A stretch of 64,000 nucleotides of DNA from an uncultured Candidatus Saccharibacteria bacterium (GTDB taxonomy: Bacteria > Patescibacteriota > Saccharimonadia > Saccharimonadales > JACDBH01): contig CAZHAQ010000001.1 of assembly GCA_964529785.1 (NCBI GenBank), positions 37,502 through 101,501 on the forward strand, given 5' to 3'. The notes below the pieces were generated by a model that ran no database searches, had not been told where the DNA came from, and was given only the letters and a program-made list of their open reading frames with translations. Positions 53,115-62,542 of the stretch are shown here, piece by piece (the stretch's first letter is position 1; each line of letters begins with the position of its first letter). Both the position numbers and the translations under genes were made by a program.

Positions 53115-53771
53115 ATGAGTAGTGATACTATCGTGCTAAAAGCTAAAGAAAGAAAAGAGCTAGGAAAAGCTGTAAAGGCGTTAAGGCGTGAAGGCATTGT
53201 ACCTGCTAACGTCTATGAGCGAGGCAAAGATTCTCAGGCTATCAGCGCTAACTTTGTAGATATAACAAAGGTTTATCGTCAAGCTGGAAAGCATAGTCCA
53301 ATTGAGTTGGACGTAGATGGCAAGAAGCATTTAGTGATGATAAAAGACGTAGATTTTAATGTTGCTAAAAATACTATTCGCCACGTAGCTTTTCATGCGG
53401 TCAAGCGAAATGAGAAAGTCGAAGCCGAGGTACCAGTTAAAATAGAAGGTGAAGTACCAGCTGAAAAAGTCGGATTATTAATTTTACAGAATCTGGATAC
53501 TGTACAAGTGGAGGCGCTGCCCAGCAGTCTGCCTGAAGAGCTTTTTGTGCCAGGTGAAAAATTAGTGGAAGATGGCGACAAGGTTACAGTTGCCGACATT
53601 AAAGTTCCTAATGGTGTCGTTATTCTTACGGAAAGCGATGTAATGGTGGCAGATGTGCAGGTGCCGAAAGACCAGATTGCTGAAGCTAACGCTGCCTTAG
53701 AAGACCAAAAAGAGGCCGATCAAGTTGATTCAGATAAAGGCACAGATGAAACTGAGCCAGCTGAAGAGTAA
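53115..53771 (+). CDS. rplY: ribosomal protein L25 (Ctc/general stress form)
   Basis: LKAKERKELGKAVKALRREGIVPANVY N-terminus, the beta-barrel, and an acidic C-terminal domain. Confidence 0.8.
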   Translation: MSSDTIVLKAKERKELGKAVKALRREGIVPANVYERGKDSQAISANFVDITKVYRQAGKHSPIELDVDGKKHLVMIKDVDFNVAKNTIRHVAFHAVKRNEKVEAEVPVKIEGEVPAEKVGLLILQNLDTVQVEALPSSLPEELFVPGEKLVEDGDKVTVADIKVPNGVVILTESDVMVADVQVPKDQIAEANAALEDQKEADQVDSDKGTDETEPAEE

Positions 53772-53787
53772 GAACTCAGGTCTTAAC

Positions 53788-53821
53788 AAAAAACTGCAAG
53801 AATTTAATCTTGCAGTTTTTT
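53788..53821. terminator. bidirectional rho-independent terminator between rplY and the convergent ABC exporter
   Basis: AAAAAA-CTGCAAGA-ATTTAA-TCTTGCAG-TTTTTT. Perfect 8-bp stem with symmetric A/T runs. Confidence 0.8.
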
Positions 53822-55577
53822 ATTCCTCTATAAAACCTCCCGACTGTTTATGCCATAAATTAGCATATGCGCCGTTAACCCTTAGAAGTTCCTTATGGGT
53901 GCCCTCTTCAATTATCTGGCCATTGTCCATAACTAATATCCTATCCATTTTTTGAATAGTGCTTAGCCTGTGAGCAATTACTATAGCAGTCCGGCCTTCC
54001 ATTAGTTTCCAAAGAGCATCCTGGATAAGCTCTTCGCTTTCACTGTCAAGGGCGCTTGTGGCTTCATCTAGTAGCAGAATAGGAGCATTTTTTAGCATCG
54101 CTCGGGCAATTGCAATTCTCTGTCTCTGGCCGCCAGAAAGCTTAACGCCTCTTTCTCCGACAAGGGTATCGTAGCCTTCTGGTAATTTACTAATGAAATC
54201 ATCGGCATTAGCAAGCTTCGAGACGCCTCTAATTGCTTTCTTGCTAGAACCTAGTTGTCCGTAGCCAATATTTTCTAGCAGACTTCTATGAAACAAAATT
54301 GGCTCCTGGGGTACGTAGGCAATATGCGATCTTAGCTCGGACTGCCTAAGTTTTGCTATATTTTGACCATCAATTCTTATCGTGCCTGAGTCTATGTCCA
54401 TGAATCTAAGCAGCAGCTTAGTTAAGGTAGTCTTGCCGCTACCTGAGTGTCCGACAAGGCCTACCTTCTCGCCGGGTTTGATATGTAGATTAAGACGGTT
54501 AAATAAATTGCCGCCTTCTTCATGCGCAAAACTGACACTGTCAAAATCTATCGCTCCTCGGCTAATTTTTGTCGCCTCTACATCATCGGCATCTTCAATC
54601 TGAGGTGTAATTTGCAAAATTTCAGTCATGTCATAGGCGTCACCCATGATCCGGTGAAAATTGCGCATTATATTGTTCATCTCCCAAAGTTGCCTAGAGA
54701 CTGTTAGTGTATATGATACCGCTAGGTAAATGACAGAAAGATTAATTAAATCTCTTTCAACAGCCCAAATAGCAGATACGAATGCGGAAGTATTTAATAT
54801 TACTAACAGTAATGAGTATATGGTGCTGACTTTTAAAAACCCCCACATTGTATTGAGGCTTTTACGTCGCCAGGAAACGGTCTGCTTATCGTATTCGTTA
54901 ATTTCAAACTCTTCATGGCCATGACTTTTTACTGCCAGGATATTGGTTATTACGTCTGCTAAGCGTCCGGTAAGTCTTGTGCTAGCCTGCGATTCTTCTA
55001 TATTCAGCTTAGCCATTAGTCTTGAGCCAAGCACTATAACCGTAATGAAAGTTAATGATACTAGTAGCAGTATTAGCGCGTATTGCCAGAAAATAAATGA
55101 CAGTATTACAACTGCTGCTATAAGGCTTATTACCGACGGCGTTAACATGAATATAATAGTGTCCCAGAATCTTTCAAACCCACCGACCATCTTATTAGTT
55201 TGAGAAACTAGTGAACCTCCAAATCGATTGGAATGGAAGCTCATTGACTGTCTGCCAAGATGTTTAAATATGCGATTGTACAGGTTTCTTTGCCCGCCGC
55301 TTTCAAAAGTCCAAGTGCTGTACAGAGTTAAGCGCCATCCTAATATTTCCCCATAAAACTGGGCAAGTGCATATAGTCCGATTAAAGTCATAGAATTTCC
55401 AAGTGTAATTGAATCGCCAGACTGGATTCTATTAAGAAGCGAGGCAACAAGCAGCGGAGCTATAAACGAAGCAATTATAACGCTAACGCTAGCGTTGCAA
55501 ACACTAAATAATACCCGCCATTTAAAACGCCAGGCTTCTTCCAGATAAATTTTTATTGTTTTATTAGTCATTGACAT
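53820..55577 (-). CDS. ABC exporter, fused permease/ATPase (MsbA/lipid-multidrug type)
   Basis: 6-TM N-terminal domain, Walker A GHSGSGKTT, signature LSGGQRQRIAIARAM, Walker B ILLLDEATSALD. Confidence 0.85.
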   Translation of the reverse strand: MSMTNKTIKIYLEEAWRFKWRVLFSVCNASVSVIIASFIAPLLVASLLNRIQSGDSITLGNSMTLIGLYALAQFYGEILGWRLTLYSTWTFESGGQRNLYNRIFKHLGRQSMSFHSNRFGGSLVSQTNKMVGGFERFWDTIIFMLTPSVISLIAAVVILSFIFWQYALILLLVSLTFITVIVLGSRLMAKLNIEESQASTRLTGRLADVITNILAVKSHGHEEFEINEYDKQTVSWRRKSLNTMWGFLKVSTIYSLLLVILNTSAFVSAIWAVERDLINLSVIYLAVSYTLTVSRQLWEMNNIMRNFHRIMGDAYDMTEILQITPQIEDADDVEATKISRGAIDFDSVSFAHEEGGNLFNRLNLHIKPGEKVGLVGHSGSGKTTLTKLLLRFMDIDSGTIRIDGQNIAKLRQSELRSHIAYVPQEPILFHRSLLENIGYGQLGSSKKAIRGVSKLANADDFISKLPEGYDTLVGERGVKLSGGQRQRIAIARAMLKNAPILLLDEATSALDSESEELIQDALWKLMEGRTAIVIAHRLSTIQKMDRILVMDNGQIIEEGTHKELLRVNGAYANLWHKQSGGFIEE

Positions 55578-55749
55578 GCCGCCCCTCCTCCTTGTGGGGT
55601 GCTTTTTGTAAATTTAAGAAATCTGTTTATTTCAGATTTTTGTTTTAAGGTTTTTGGCCGCCTCAATTAGATAATAAATTCAGCGTACTATTATATATTT
55701 ATTAATATCAGATGACAAGGGTTATTTTTTATCTTATAATAGTCATTTG

Positions 55750-56604
55750 ATGGAAAAGATAATTCTCTACTATAAATTTGTGCCTATTAATGATCCGGAA
55801 ACAGTTATGTTCTGGCAGCGTGCGCTATGCGAAAAACTTGGGCTTAAAGGCAGGGTCTTAATAAGCAAGCATGGTATCAATGGTACGCTAGGCGGTGATC
55901 TTAAGAACTTAAAATACTATACCCGTGAAATGAAAACTCACAGTATATTTAACGGAACAGTATTTAAGTGGAGTGAGGGTGGCAGTGATCATTTTCCAAA
56001 GCTCAAAGTTAAAGTAAAGGATGAGATCGTTGCTTTTAATGCTGCTGAAGAACTGGAAGTAGATAGTAAAGGACTGGTTGGCGGTGGTAAACATCTTAAA
56101 CCTTCGGCACTACATAAATTGATGCAGGAGCGCGGCGACGAGGTGATTTTTTATGATGGGCGCAATATGTATGAAGCGCAGATTGGCAGATTTAAAAATA
56201 CTATCGTCCCCAATGTTAGCACCAGCAGAGACTTTATACGTGATATTGAAGAAGGCGAAATTAGCAAGTATAAAGATAGACCAATTGTAACTTACTGCAC
56301 GGGTGGAATTCGCTGTGAAATACTTAGTGTATTAATGCGTCATAGAGGCTATAAGGAAGTTTATCAGTTGGATGGCGGCATAGTTAAATATGGTGAAAAA
56401 TTTGGTGACGATGGTTACTGGGAAGGCAAGCTGTTTGTTTTTGATGATAGGATGCAGATAGGCTTTTCTGATCAAGCTAAAGATATAGCTGATTGCGAAA
56501 AATGTGGTGAGAAAACCAGCAACATGGTAAATTCAACAAATATTCGCCGTAAACTCCATGTTATTTGCGAAAAATGTGCTGACAAAACCCCAGTATTAAA
56601 TTGA
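55750..56604 (+). CDS. trhO: rhodanese-domain tRNA U34 hydroxylase TrhO (YceA/UPF0176 family)
   Basis: UPF0176 N-terminus ILYYKFVPINDPE, the rhodanese Cys loop YCTGGIRCE, and a C-terminal Cys4 (CEKCGEK...CEKCADK). The ATG at 55750 is preferred over the TTG at 55747. Confidence 0.7.
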   Translation: MEKIILYYKFVPINDPETVMFWQRALCEKLGLKGRVLISKHGINGTLGGDLKNLKYYTREMKTHSIFNGTVFKWSEGGSDHFPKLKVKVKDEIVAFNAAEELEVDSKGLVGGGKHLKPSALHKLMQERGDEVIFYDGRNMYEAQIGRFKNTIVPNVSTSRDFIRDIEEGEISKYKDRPIVTYCTGGIRCEILSVLMRHRGYKEVYQLDGGIVKYGEKFGDDGYWEGKLFVFDDRMQIGFSDQAKDIADCEKCGEKTSNMVNSTNIRRKLHVICEKCADKTPVLN

Positions 56605-56605
56605 G

Positions 56606-57541
56606 CTAGTCGTCTTTAGTAACTCTAATCGCCCGCTTAAAATTGCGTTCTGCGTCAGCGTCCGCAAAGCGAACGATTGGTGAGTGTACAAGTATATTTT
56701 TTCTTTTCTTTCGTTTATCTATATCTTTTAGCGAATCTAGAAAAAACTGCTCAATCAGCCATTCTCTTCCAGGGGCAGTATAGCAGTAAACTAATACTCT
56801 CCACAGATCGTCTCCCCACTGCTGGATCGAGTCTATTTTAGATTTTTTAGTAATCATTAGAGTGCCTACTGGAATATGGGACAATGCTTCTTCTACTAGC
56901 TCCTTGCCCTTGTCTGGATCTGTTACGAAAACATCAACGGCAATTGTGCGCATGCCGCGAGGGGTTACCTTCACTCCATGAATATGCTGGTTGTGAATTC
57001 TAATTACTTCGCCGTTTAATGACCTAATCTTAATAGAACGGAGGGTTGCTCGTTCAACAACTCCGCTCACATCAATAAACGGTTCAATGCGGACATAGTC
57101 GCCAATATTGAACCAGTGCTCAATAATCATAGTCGCACCAGCAGTTATGTCCCTGAGCATTACTCCGACAGTACCACCAGCAAGTACGATAAATAAAGCA
57201 CTGGCACCAATTGCTGCCGCTTGGCTAGAGGATGAGGGGCTTAACAGCCTCCAAGCGGTTATACCTACAATTACTACTACCATGACTCTAACTGTAGCGA
57301 TTGCCACGCTTAAATAGGTTTCTACACGCCGTAAGCGGAACTGTCTTTCAGTGTCTGAAGTATTGTCAGCCCTTACAGCTATTTTCTGCGCTATACGTAT
57401 TATTAGCTTGGCTAATAATCGACTTATCCAGAATGCAAAAGCCATAGATAGTACTAAAATCAGTACTGATCGAAATGCATTGGGACTTCGGAAGATATCA
57501 GAAATCTCTTTATATATCTTATCAAAGATGCCTTCAGACAT
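56606..57541 (-). CDS. small-conductance mechanosensitive channel (MscS family)
   Basis: TM3-like pore helix and the beta-domain IGDYVRIEPFIDVSGVVERATLRSIKIRSLNGEVIRIHN. Confidence 0.75.
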   Translation of the reverse strand: MSEGIFDKIYKEISDIFRSPNAFRSVLILVLSMAFAFWISRLLAKLIIRIAQKIAVRADNTSDTERQFRLRRVETYLSVAIATVRVMVVVIVGITAWRLLSPSSSSQAAAIGASALFIVLAGGTVGVMLRDITAGATMIIEHWFNIGDYVRIEPFIDVSGVVERATLRSIKIRSLNGEVIRIHNQHIHGVKVTPRGMRTIAVDVFVTDPDKGKELVEEALSHIPVGTLMITKKSKIDSIQQWGDDLWRVLVYCYTAPGREWLIEQFFLDSLKDIDKRKKRKNILVHSPIVRFADADAERNFKRAIRVTKDD

Positions 57542-57672
57542 TCATACCTCTATAAAAATATTAATTTAGTCAATTTACTAATATAACACCTTTCTGGAAA
57601 ATTAGTAGTAATTGTTACAGATTAATTGATATGACTAGCCTAAAATATTTAGGGCAATAACCTGGAGGATGT

Positions 57673-58046
57673 ATGTTAATTAAAAATACTGCCAAGGTAT
57701 ACACATTATTAATATTTGGCTTAGCATTGGCCGGTTTATTAACAAACAACTACCTATTCGGCCTTATAAGCGTAGATTTTAGTTTAGATATTCTAAGGGT
57801 ATTGCTAGCTTTAGCTTTAGGGTATGCGGCATTTTTTTTGAAAGTGAAGATTTGGCCACAATAACTCTTTTTGCAGTCGGTGTGACATATGTATTGATGG
57901 CAGTAGCCGCCCTATTTAGCCCTCAGCTTTTTGGCTTGCTGCCCACTAGCCTGACATTATTCGATGTACTACTCCATCTGATACTTGGTGGTTTTGCTGT
58001 CGGTATTACAACCATGAAATTCTACCAGCCAAGCCCAAATAATTAG
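57673..58046 (+). pseudogene. DUF4383-like four-TM membrane protein split by a frameshift at a T8 homopolymer
   Basis: ORF 57673-57864 and ORF 57852-58046 (TTG) together match the DUF4383 layout (LFGLISVDFSLDILRVLLA ... LFDVLLHLILGGFAVG). Adding one T to the T8 run at 57832-57839 fuses them in frame. Confidence 0.5.
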
Positions 58047-58173
58047 CTTACTGAATGCTGTTTTAGTAGACAGCATAAACCATAAGATATTGACAAATAA
58101 TATTAAATAACGTACAATAAATATCTGCAGATATGATTATAACGTGCAGAATTTTAGTTTATAGGTATATATT

Positions 58174-58503
58174 ATGAGATCAAATCCTAATTCATTAAAA
58201 GATTATTTAGAGCATCCGGATATTATGGGAGCTATTGGAGAGTTGAGCCAATCAGAAGCGGATGCTGAAGTTATTAGTATAGATTCCGGTAGATCTACAG
58301 GGGGCGATGAGTTAACCCCGTTTGAATTTGTAGGAGTTATAGACTCGCGAGCCGAAGGGTATTTTAGCCGAAGAAAGCCTCAATATGAAGCAGCAGATCA
58401 AGTGTTGGAAACAGTACAGTTGCGCCGTGACCGAGACCTGGAACATGTAGTTACTCCTCCGGTCAGGAAATCTTTAGTAAATTTTATACTTAAGAAATCA
58501 TAA
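58174..58503 (+). CDS. hypothetical protein
   Basis: 109 aa. No motif. Confidence 0.25.
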   Translation: MRSNPNSLKDYLEHPDIMGAIGELSQSEADAEVISIDSGRSTGGDELTPFEFVGVIDSRAEGYFSRRKPQYEAADQVLETVQLRRDRDLEHVVTPPVRKSLVNFILKKS

Positions 58504-58620
58504 AAAATTAACTGATAATAAGTAGTCTGAGGCTTTTGCTTCAGGCTATTTTTATTGGCAATTTTATACTTAATATTATTTTTAAAAATAAAACCGTCAA
58601 CAAAGTTAGGTGTTTTGGAG

Positions 58621-58706
58621 CGCGGGCTGAGGGTAAGGGTGGAGTTGGTTTGGCAGGCGACAAGCGCTTGCTAACTTTCTCTACACACCGAACTTACCTC
58701 AGCCCG
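58621..58706. repeat. 15/16-bp inverted repeat (GCGGGCTGAGGGTAAG ... CTTACCTCAGCCCGC) at the left boundary of a GC-rich island
   Basis: Arms at 58621-58636 and 58692-58706, separated by about 55 nt. Lies downstream of convergent genes. Confidence 0.5.
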
Positions 58707-58746
58707 CACTCCGTTTCGCCCATTCCCCAGCACACAGCACTGCCCG

Positions 58747-59433
58747 TTAGGCGTCTTGATCGAACAGCTTGCTGCTGCCAGGCTTCTTGCGAAGACCCAA
58801 CAGCCCTCGTCGTTCTGATCGAGAGTGTCGCCTGCTCAGCTTCTGCGAGATAGTTGACGCGCCGAAGAGGGGCTTGTCCACGCCGAAGAAGAGCTCCATG
58901 AACGGCAGGTAGAACGTACAGACAAAGAAGACAGCGAAAACTGCTGCCCATTGACCGAAGTTCGCTGCAACTGGGAGGATGTTGCCGTCTTGCGACGAGC
59001 TGGTCCACATGGTTGCTGCGCCGGTGTCTGTGACTGCGTCACCTACCGAAAAGGCCATTGCCCCAAACAGTGTGAAATAGTGGCGACGACTGAGACTCCT
59101 CAAGGGTTTGTCCATCTTCACCAGATTCCACAGCGAGAACTGGGCAATGCTCATGAACGCACCAAGGACAACGCTGATGATTTGAGCGAAGGTCCATGAT
59201 ACATCCCAGTTTGTTGCCGGCACGGTGAAATTCACCGTATTCGCAAGGGCGGGACTGTTGAAAGTCTCGTGCAGGTAGTAGCTGCCGGCACTGATGTCCA
59301 GGACGATCAGGAAGGCGAAGAGGGGGCTGGCGAAGAGCGTTGTCAAGGTGATGGTGGTGGCCTTGTTGAAAAAGCGCACCAATGGCAAGTTGTTCGAATG
59401 CATGACTACTGGTTCTCCAGTGATCGGGCTCAT
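58747..59433 (-). CDS. hypothetical polytopic membrane protein encoded in a GC-rich (about 56%) island
   Basis: 228 aa, 5-6 hydrophobic helices, basic C-terminal tail. Several overlapping alternative ORFs on both strands are typical of high-GC DNA. Composition is foreign to its surroundings. Confidence 0.35.
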   Translation of the reverse strand: MSPITGEPVVMHSNNLPLVRFFNKATTITLTTLFASPLFAFLIVLDISAGSYYLHETFNSPALANTVNFTVPATNWDVSWTFAQIISVVLGAFMSIAQFSLWNLVKMDKPLRSLSRRHYFTLFGAMAFSVGDAVTDTGAATMWTSSSQDGNILPVAANFGQWAAVFAVFFVCTFYLPFMELFFGVDKPLFGASTISQKLSRRHSRSERRGLLGLRKKPGSSKLFDQDA

Positions 59434-59574
59434 GGTTGAGCTGGGTATTGGGATGGTGACCGCCCATAACAGGGGTCGTGGTACATCCTGCTAGCATAAG
59501 CAGAACTGAATTATTGTAACAAACTATTGACTAAATGTCAATATATAATATATAATGTAGTTTTGTAATTCATA

Positions 59575-60984
59575 TTGCTTATGTCTAAAAACGGTTTATC
59601 TTTTGAAAGAACTGCCTACGATCCTGGACTACATAGTCTAGGTGGATCTGTTAATGCATATGAGCCAGGAATCCACGAACGAGCAAGAGGGAACGAACCA
59701 TTAGTAGAGTCCCAGCCCGGAGCCGGAACTGGTGTTAAGCTACTGATCGTGTCTGCTATAGCTCTAGCCGGTTACGGATTAATTAAGCATGATGGAGAGA
59801 CTCCGGGTAAGAGTGACTCATCGTCAAGTAAAGAGCATGTTCCATCGCCTAGCAATACGCCCCCTGAGTCATTAAAGCCAAGTAATCGCTATTTGACTGC
59901 AATGAATAATCTTTTAACTGAAATATCTCATGGTGAAGGCGGTATAGACTCAGTAAACACTGGAAAATCTGGAGATACCGGAGTTGGCAGTCAAAAATAT
60001 AACGAAATATTTGGAGGTCGTACACTATCCCAGCTTACAATTAGGGAGTTGCTGTCTCTGCAAGAGCAGGGCAAGATTTTTGCCGTTGGCAAGTTCCAGT
60101 TCATACCAGATACATTTAAATCAGCTGTAGAAACTACAGGCATAGATATAGACCGAGCTTTTGATTCTGATGCTCAAACTGAAATGGCAGTCAACTATTT
60201 AATTATGGGTGGGAAGCGTCCAAATCTCACCGCCTACATTAAAGGCGAAGATGTGAGCTTGGACGAAGCTGTAAATGACTTGTGTAAAGAGTTTGCATCA
60301 ATACCCTGTGTAGACGGAAGCGGTTTCTATGATAATGATATCGGTAACAATATGGCAACTGGAGGCGTTGATAGGGTTAATAATATAAAACAGCTTCTTA
60401 TTGAACTTAGGGAATCATATGCTGAAGCGAAAATGCCTGGCGTAGTTATGATAGGCGACTCATTGACCGTTGGTTATCGCGATATAGCCGAGATAGCTGA
60501 AAGAGATTCTAAATACGGCATCAGACTGGAAAGTATTGATGGTGTCGGCGGCAGGCCGTTGGTCGGAGGTGATATAGACGGAATAAATACTATAAATGAT
60601 AATGAAGAAGCTATTGAAAACGCGTCTATGGTCATAGTAGGACTCGGCACTAATGCAGTTGAGTCGGACGAGCAGTATGAGCAAGGTCTCCAAGAGGCAA
60701 TACAGCTGATAGGTGACAAAAATCCAGCTGCAAAGATTGCCTTTATTACGAATTATTCCTATAAAGAAGGCAGCAGAAGCTATCAGCGCCGGCTGGATCG
60801 CAATCAGATACTAGATTCAGTTGCTGATAAGCACGACAATGTATTTCTAATAAACATGCACGACATAACAGAACAAAGCAATCTTTACTCTGAAGACGGC
60901 GTGCATCTTACAGCTGATGGCTATAAAATAGCTAGCGAACTAATTTTAAAACAAGCTTCAGAAATACTAAGAGATTCTGCATAG
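59575..60984 (+). CDS. membrane-anchored bifunctional hydrolase: lytic-transglycosylase-like middle domain plus C-terminal SGNH/GDSL hydrolase domain
   Basis: N-terminal TM. SLT-like AVGKFQFIPDTF (cf. G-LMQ-MP-T-W). SGNH block I VVMIGDSLTVGY, block III GLGTNA, block V DGVHLTADGY. Confidence 0.55.
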   Translation: MLMSKNGLSFERTAYDPGLHSLGGSVNAYEPGIHERARGNEPLVESQPGAGTGVKLLIVSAIALAGYGLIKHDGETPGKSDSSSSKEHVPSPSNTPPESLKPSNRYLTAMNNLLTEISHGEGGIDSVNTGKSGDTGVGSQKYNEIFGGRTLSQLTIRELLSLQEQGKIFAVGKFQFIPDTFKSAVETTGIDIDRAFDSDAQTEMAVNYLIMGGKRPNLTAYIKGEDVSLDEAVNDLCKEFASIPCVDGSGFYDNDIGNNMATGGVDRVNNIKQLLIELRESYAEAKMPGVVMIGDSLTVGYRDIAEIAERDSKYGIRLESIDGVGGRPLVGGDIDGINTINDNEEAIENASMVIVGLGTNAVESDEQYEQGLQEAIQLIGDKNPAAKIAFITNYSYKEGSRSYQRRLDRNQILDSVADKHDNVFLINMHDITEQSNLYSEDGVHLTADGYKIASELILKQASEILRDSA

Positions 60985-61021
60985 AGAAACTCAGCGGCTT
61001 AGGCACGCTATACTATATATT

Positions 61022-62530
61022 GTGAATAGTAAATTAGAGAAAAAGCTAAAAGATCTGCCTACCACTCCAGGCGTATATTTTCACAAAAACGTTAAAGGAG
61101 AGATAATTTATGTTGGCAAGGCAGCGGTTCTAAGGAACCGCGTTAGGCAGTATTTTCAAGCTTCTCGCAATAGAGATCCTAAGACTGAACTACTTGTCAG
61201 TGAAATCGACGACTTAGACTGGACGGAAGTAGAAAGCGAGATTGAAGCACTGTTTTTAGAAGCTGAGATGATCCGCCGCTATATGCCCCGATATAATATT
61301 CTGCTTAGGGATGATAAATCGGTTTCTTATGTTCGAATTGACTATAACAGCGACTATCCGACGGTAAGTGTTACTCGCCGGCCCTTGGATGATGATGCCC
61401 GTTATTTCGGTCCATATCTCAGTGCTAGTTCAATACGACAAGCATTAAAAATATTAAGACGAATATTCCCATTTGCTACGTCTAAATCTATTAATAAAAA
61501 ACGTGCTAGTTTGCACTATCATTTAGGTTTAGATCCGGGACTGGAAGAAGGGCGTACTAGTCTATCTGATTATCGGGCTAATCTTCGCAAGCTTATTGAT
61601 GTCATCCAGGGCAAACGAGTTCAAGTTATAAGAGAAATTGAAAAAGAGATGAAGCGAGCTGCTAAAGAGCAGGATTTTGAATTTGCAGCCAGGTTAAGAA
61701 ACCAGGTTTTTGCGCTAAATAATCTTCAGAAGCAGGTACTATTTAGCGATAAGGAAAATTTGGATCTCAGTCGGGATCATGCGCTTCAAGATTTGTCCGA
61801 ACTGCTGGGCCTGAACAAGATTCCCCGAAGGATTGAAGGTTATGATATTTCTCACATGTCCGGTACTGACACGGTTGCGAGTATGGTCGTATTTACTAAT
61901 GGTGTTTCCAACAAAGGAGAGTACCGAAAGTTTAAGATGCGCATTCCTGGCAACGATGATTTTGCTCACATGAGAGAGGTTTTATCAAGGCGATTAAGCG
62001 AAAAGAATACTAAGAATTGGCCAAAGCCTGATCTGTTCCTGATAGATGGCGGAAAGGGTCAGCTAGGAAGCGCTCTAGGAGTATTAAAAGAAAAGGGCAT
62101 AAGTTTGCCGGCTATAGGGATTGCCAAGCAGTTTGAGGAAATAATTATTAAGAAGGATTGGCCAAGCGCTCAGTTAAACAACGATAAATTGTCTGACTTA
62201 GGCGGTACCGTTGTGCAGAGTGAAGATTTTTTGACTGTCCGATTACCTCAGAGCTCTCATATTATTAAACTTCTGCAGCGAATACGTGATGAATCTCATA
62301 GGTTTGCAGTTAGCTATCACAGCTCACTTAAAGTAAAACGACAGACTGCCAGCTTGCTTGATGATATTCCAGGGATAGGGCCAACCACTAAAAAGAAGCT
62401 TCTAAGAACATTCGGGAGCTATAAAGGAATTGAACAGGCTAGAAAACAGGATCTTGAGGTTGTGTTAGGCGAAAAAAAGGCACACGTTTTAAGACAATAT
62501 CTTCGCGCTAATAAGCGTGGTGCGCTATAA
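61022..62530 (+). CDS. uvrC: excinuclease ABC subunit C
   Basis: GIY-YIG domain (PGVYFHKNVKGEIIYVGKA...RVRQYF), the UvrBC-interaction region, an RNase H-like endonuclease domain and a C-terminal HhH. GTG start. Confidence 0.85.
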   Translation: MNSKLEKKLKDLPTTPGVYFHKNVKGEIIYVGKAAVLRNRVRQYFQASRNRDPKTELLVSEIDDLDWTEVESEIEALFLEAEMIRRYMPRYNILLRDDKSVSYVRIDYNSDYPTVSVTRRPLDDDARYFGPYLSASSIRQALKILRRIFPFATSKSINKKRASLHYHLGLDPGLEEGRTSLSDYRANLRKLIDVIQGKRVQVIREIEKEMKRAAKEQDFEFAARLRNQVFALNNLQKQVLFSDKENLDLSRDHALQDLSELLGLNKIPRRIEGYDISHMSGTDTVASMVVFTNGVSNKGEYRKFKMRIPGNDDFAHMREVLSRRLSEKNTKNWPKPDLFLIDGGKGQLGSALGVLKEKGISLPAIGIAKQFEEIIIKKDWPSAQLNNDKLSDLGGTVVQSEDFLTVRLPQSSHIIKLLQRIRDESHRFAVSYHSSLKVKRQTASLLDDIPGIGPTTKKKLLRTFGSYKGIEQARKQDLEVVLGEKKAHVLRQYLRANKRGAL

Positions 62531-62542
62531 TGCGCAATTGTT

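Noticed and set aside
58536-59497. Multiple overlapping ORFs on both strands (58536-58853, 58694-59008, 58836-59042, 58951-59199, 59039-59497, 59294-59494).
   Set aside because: Stop-codon scarcity in the 56% GC island generates long random ORFs. Only the 228-aa membrane protein has coherent TM structure.
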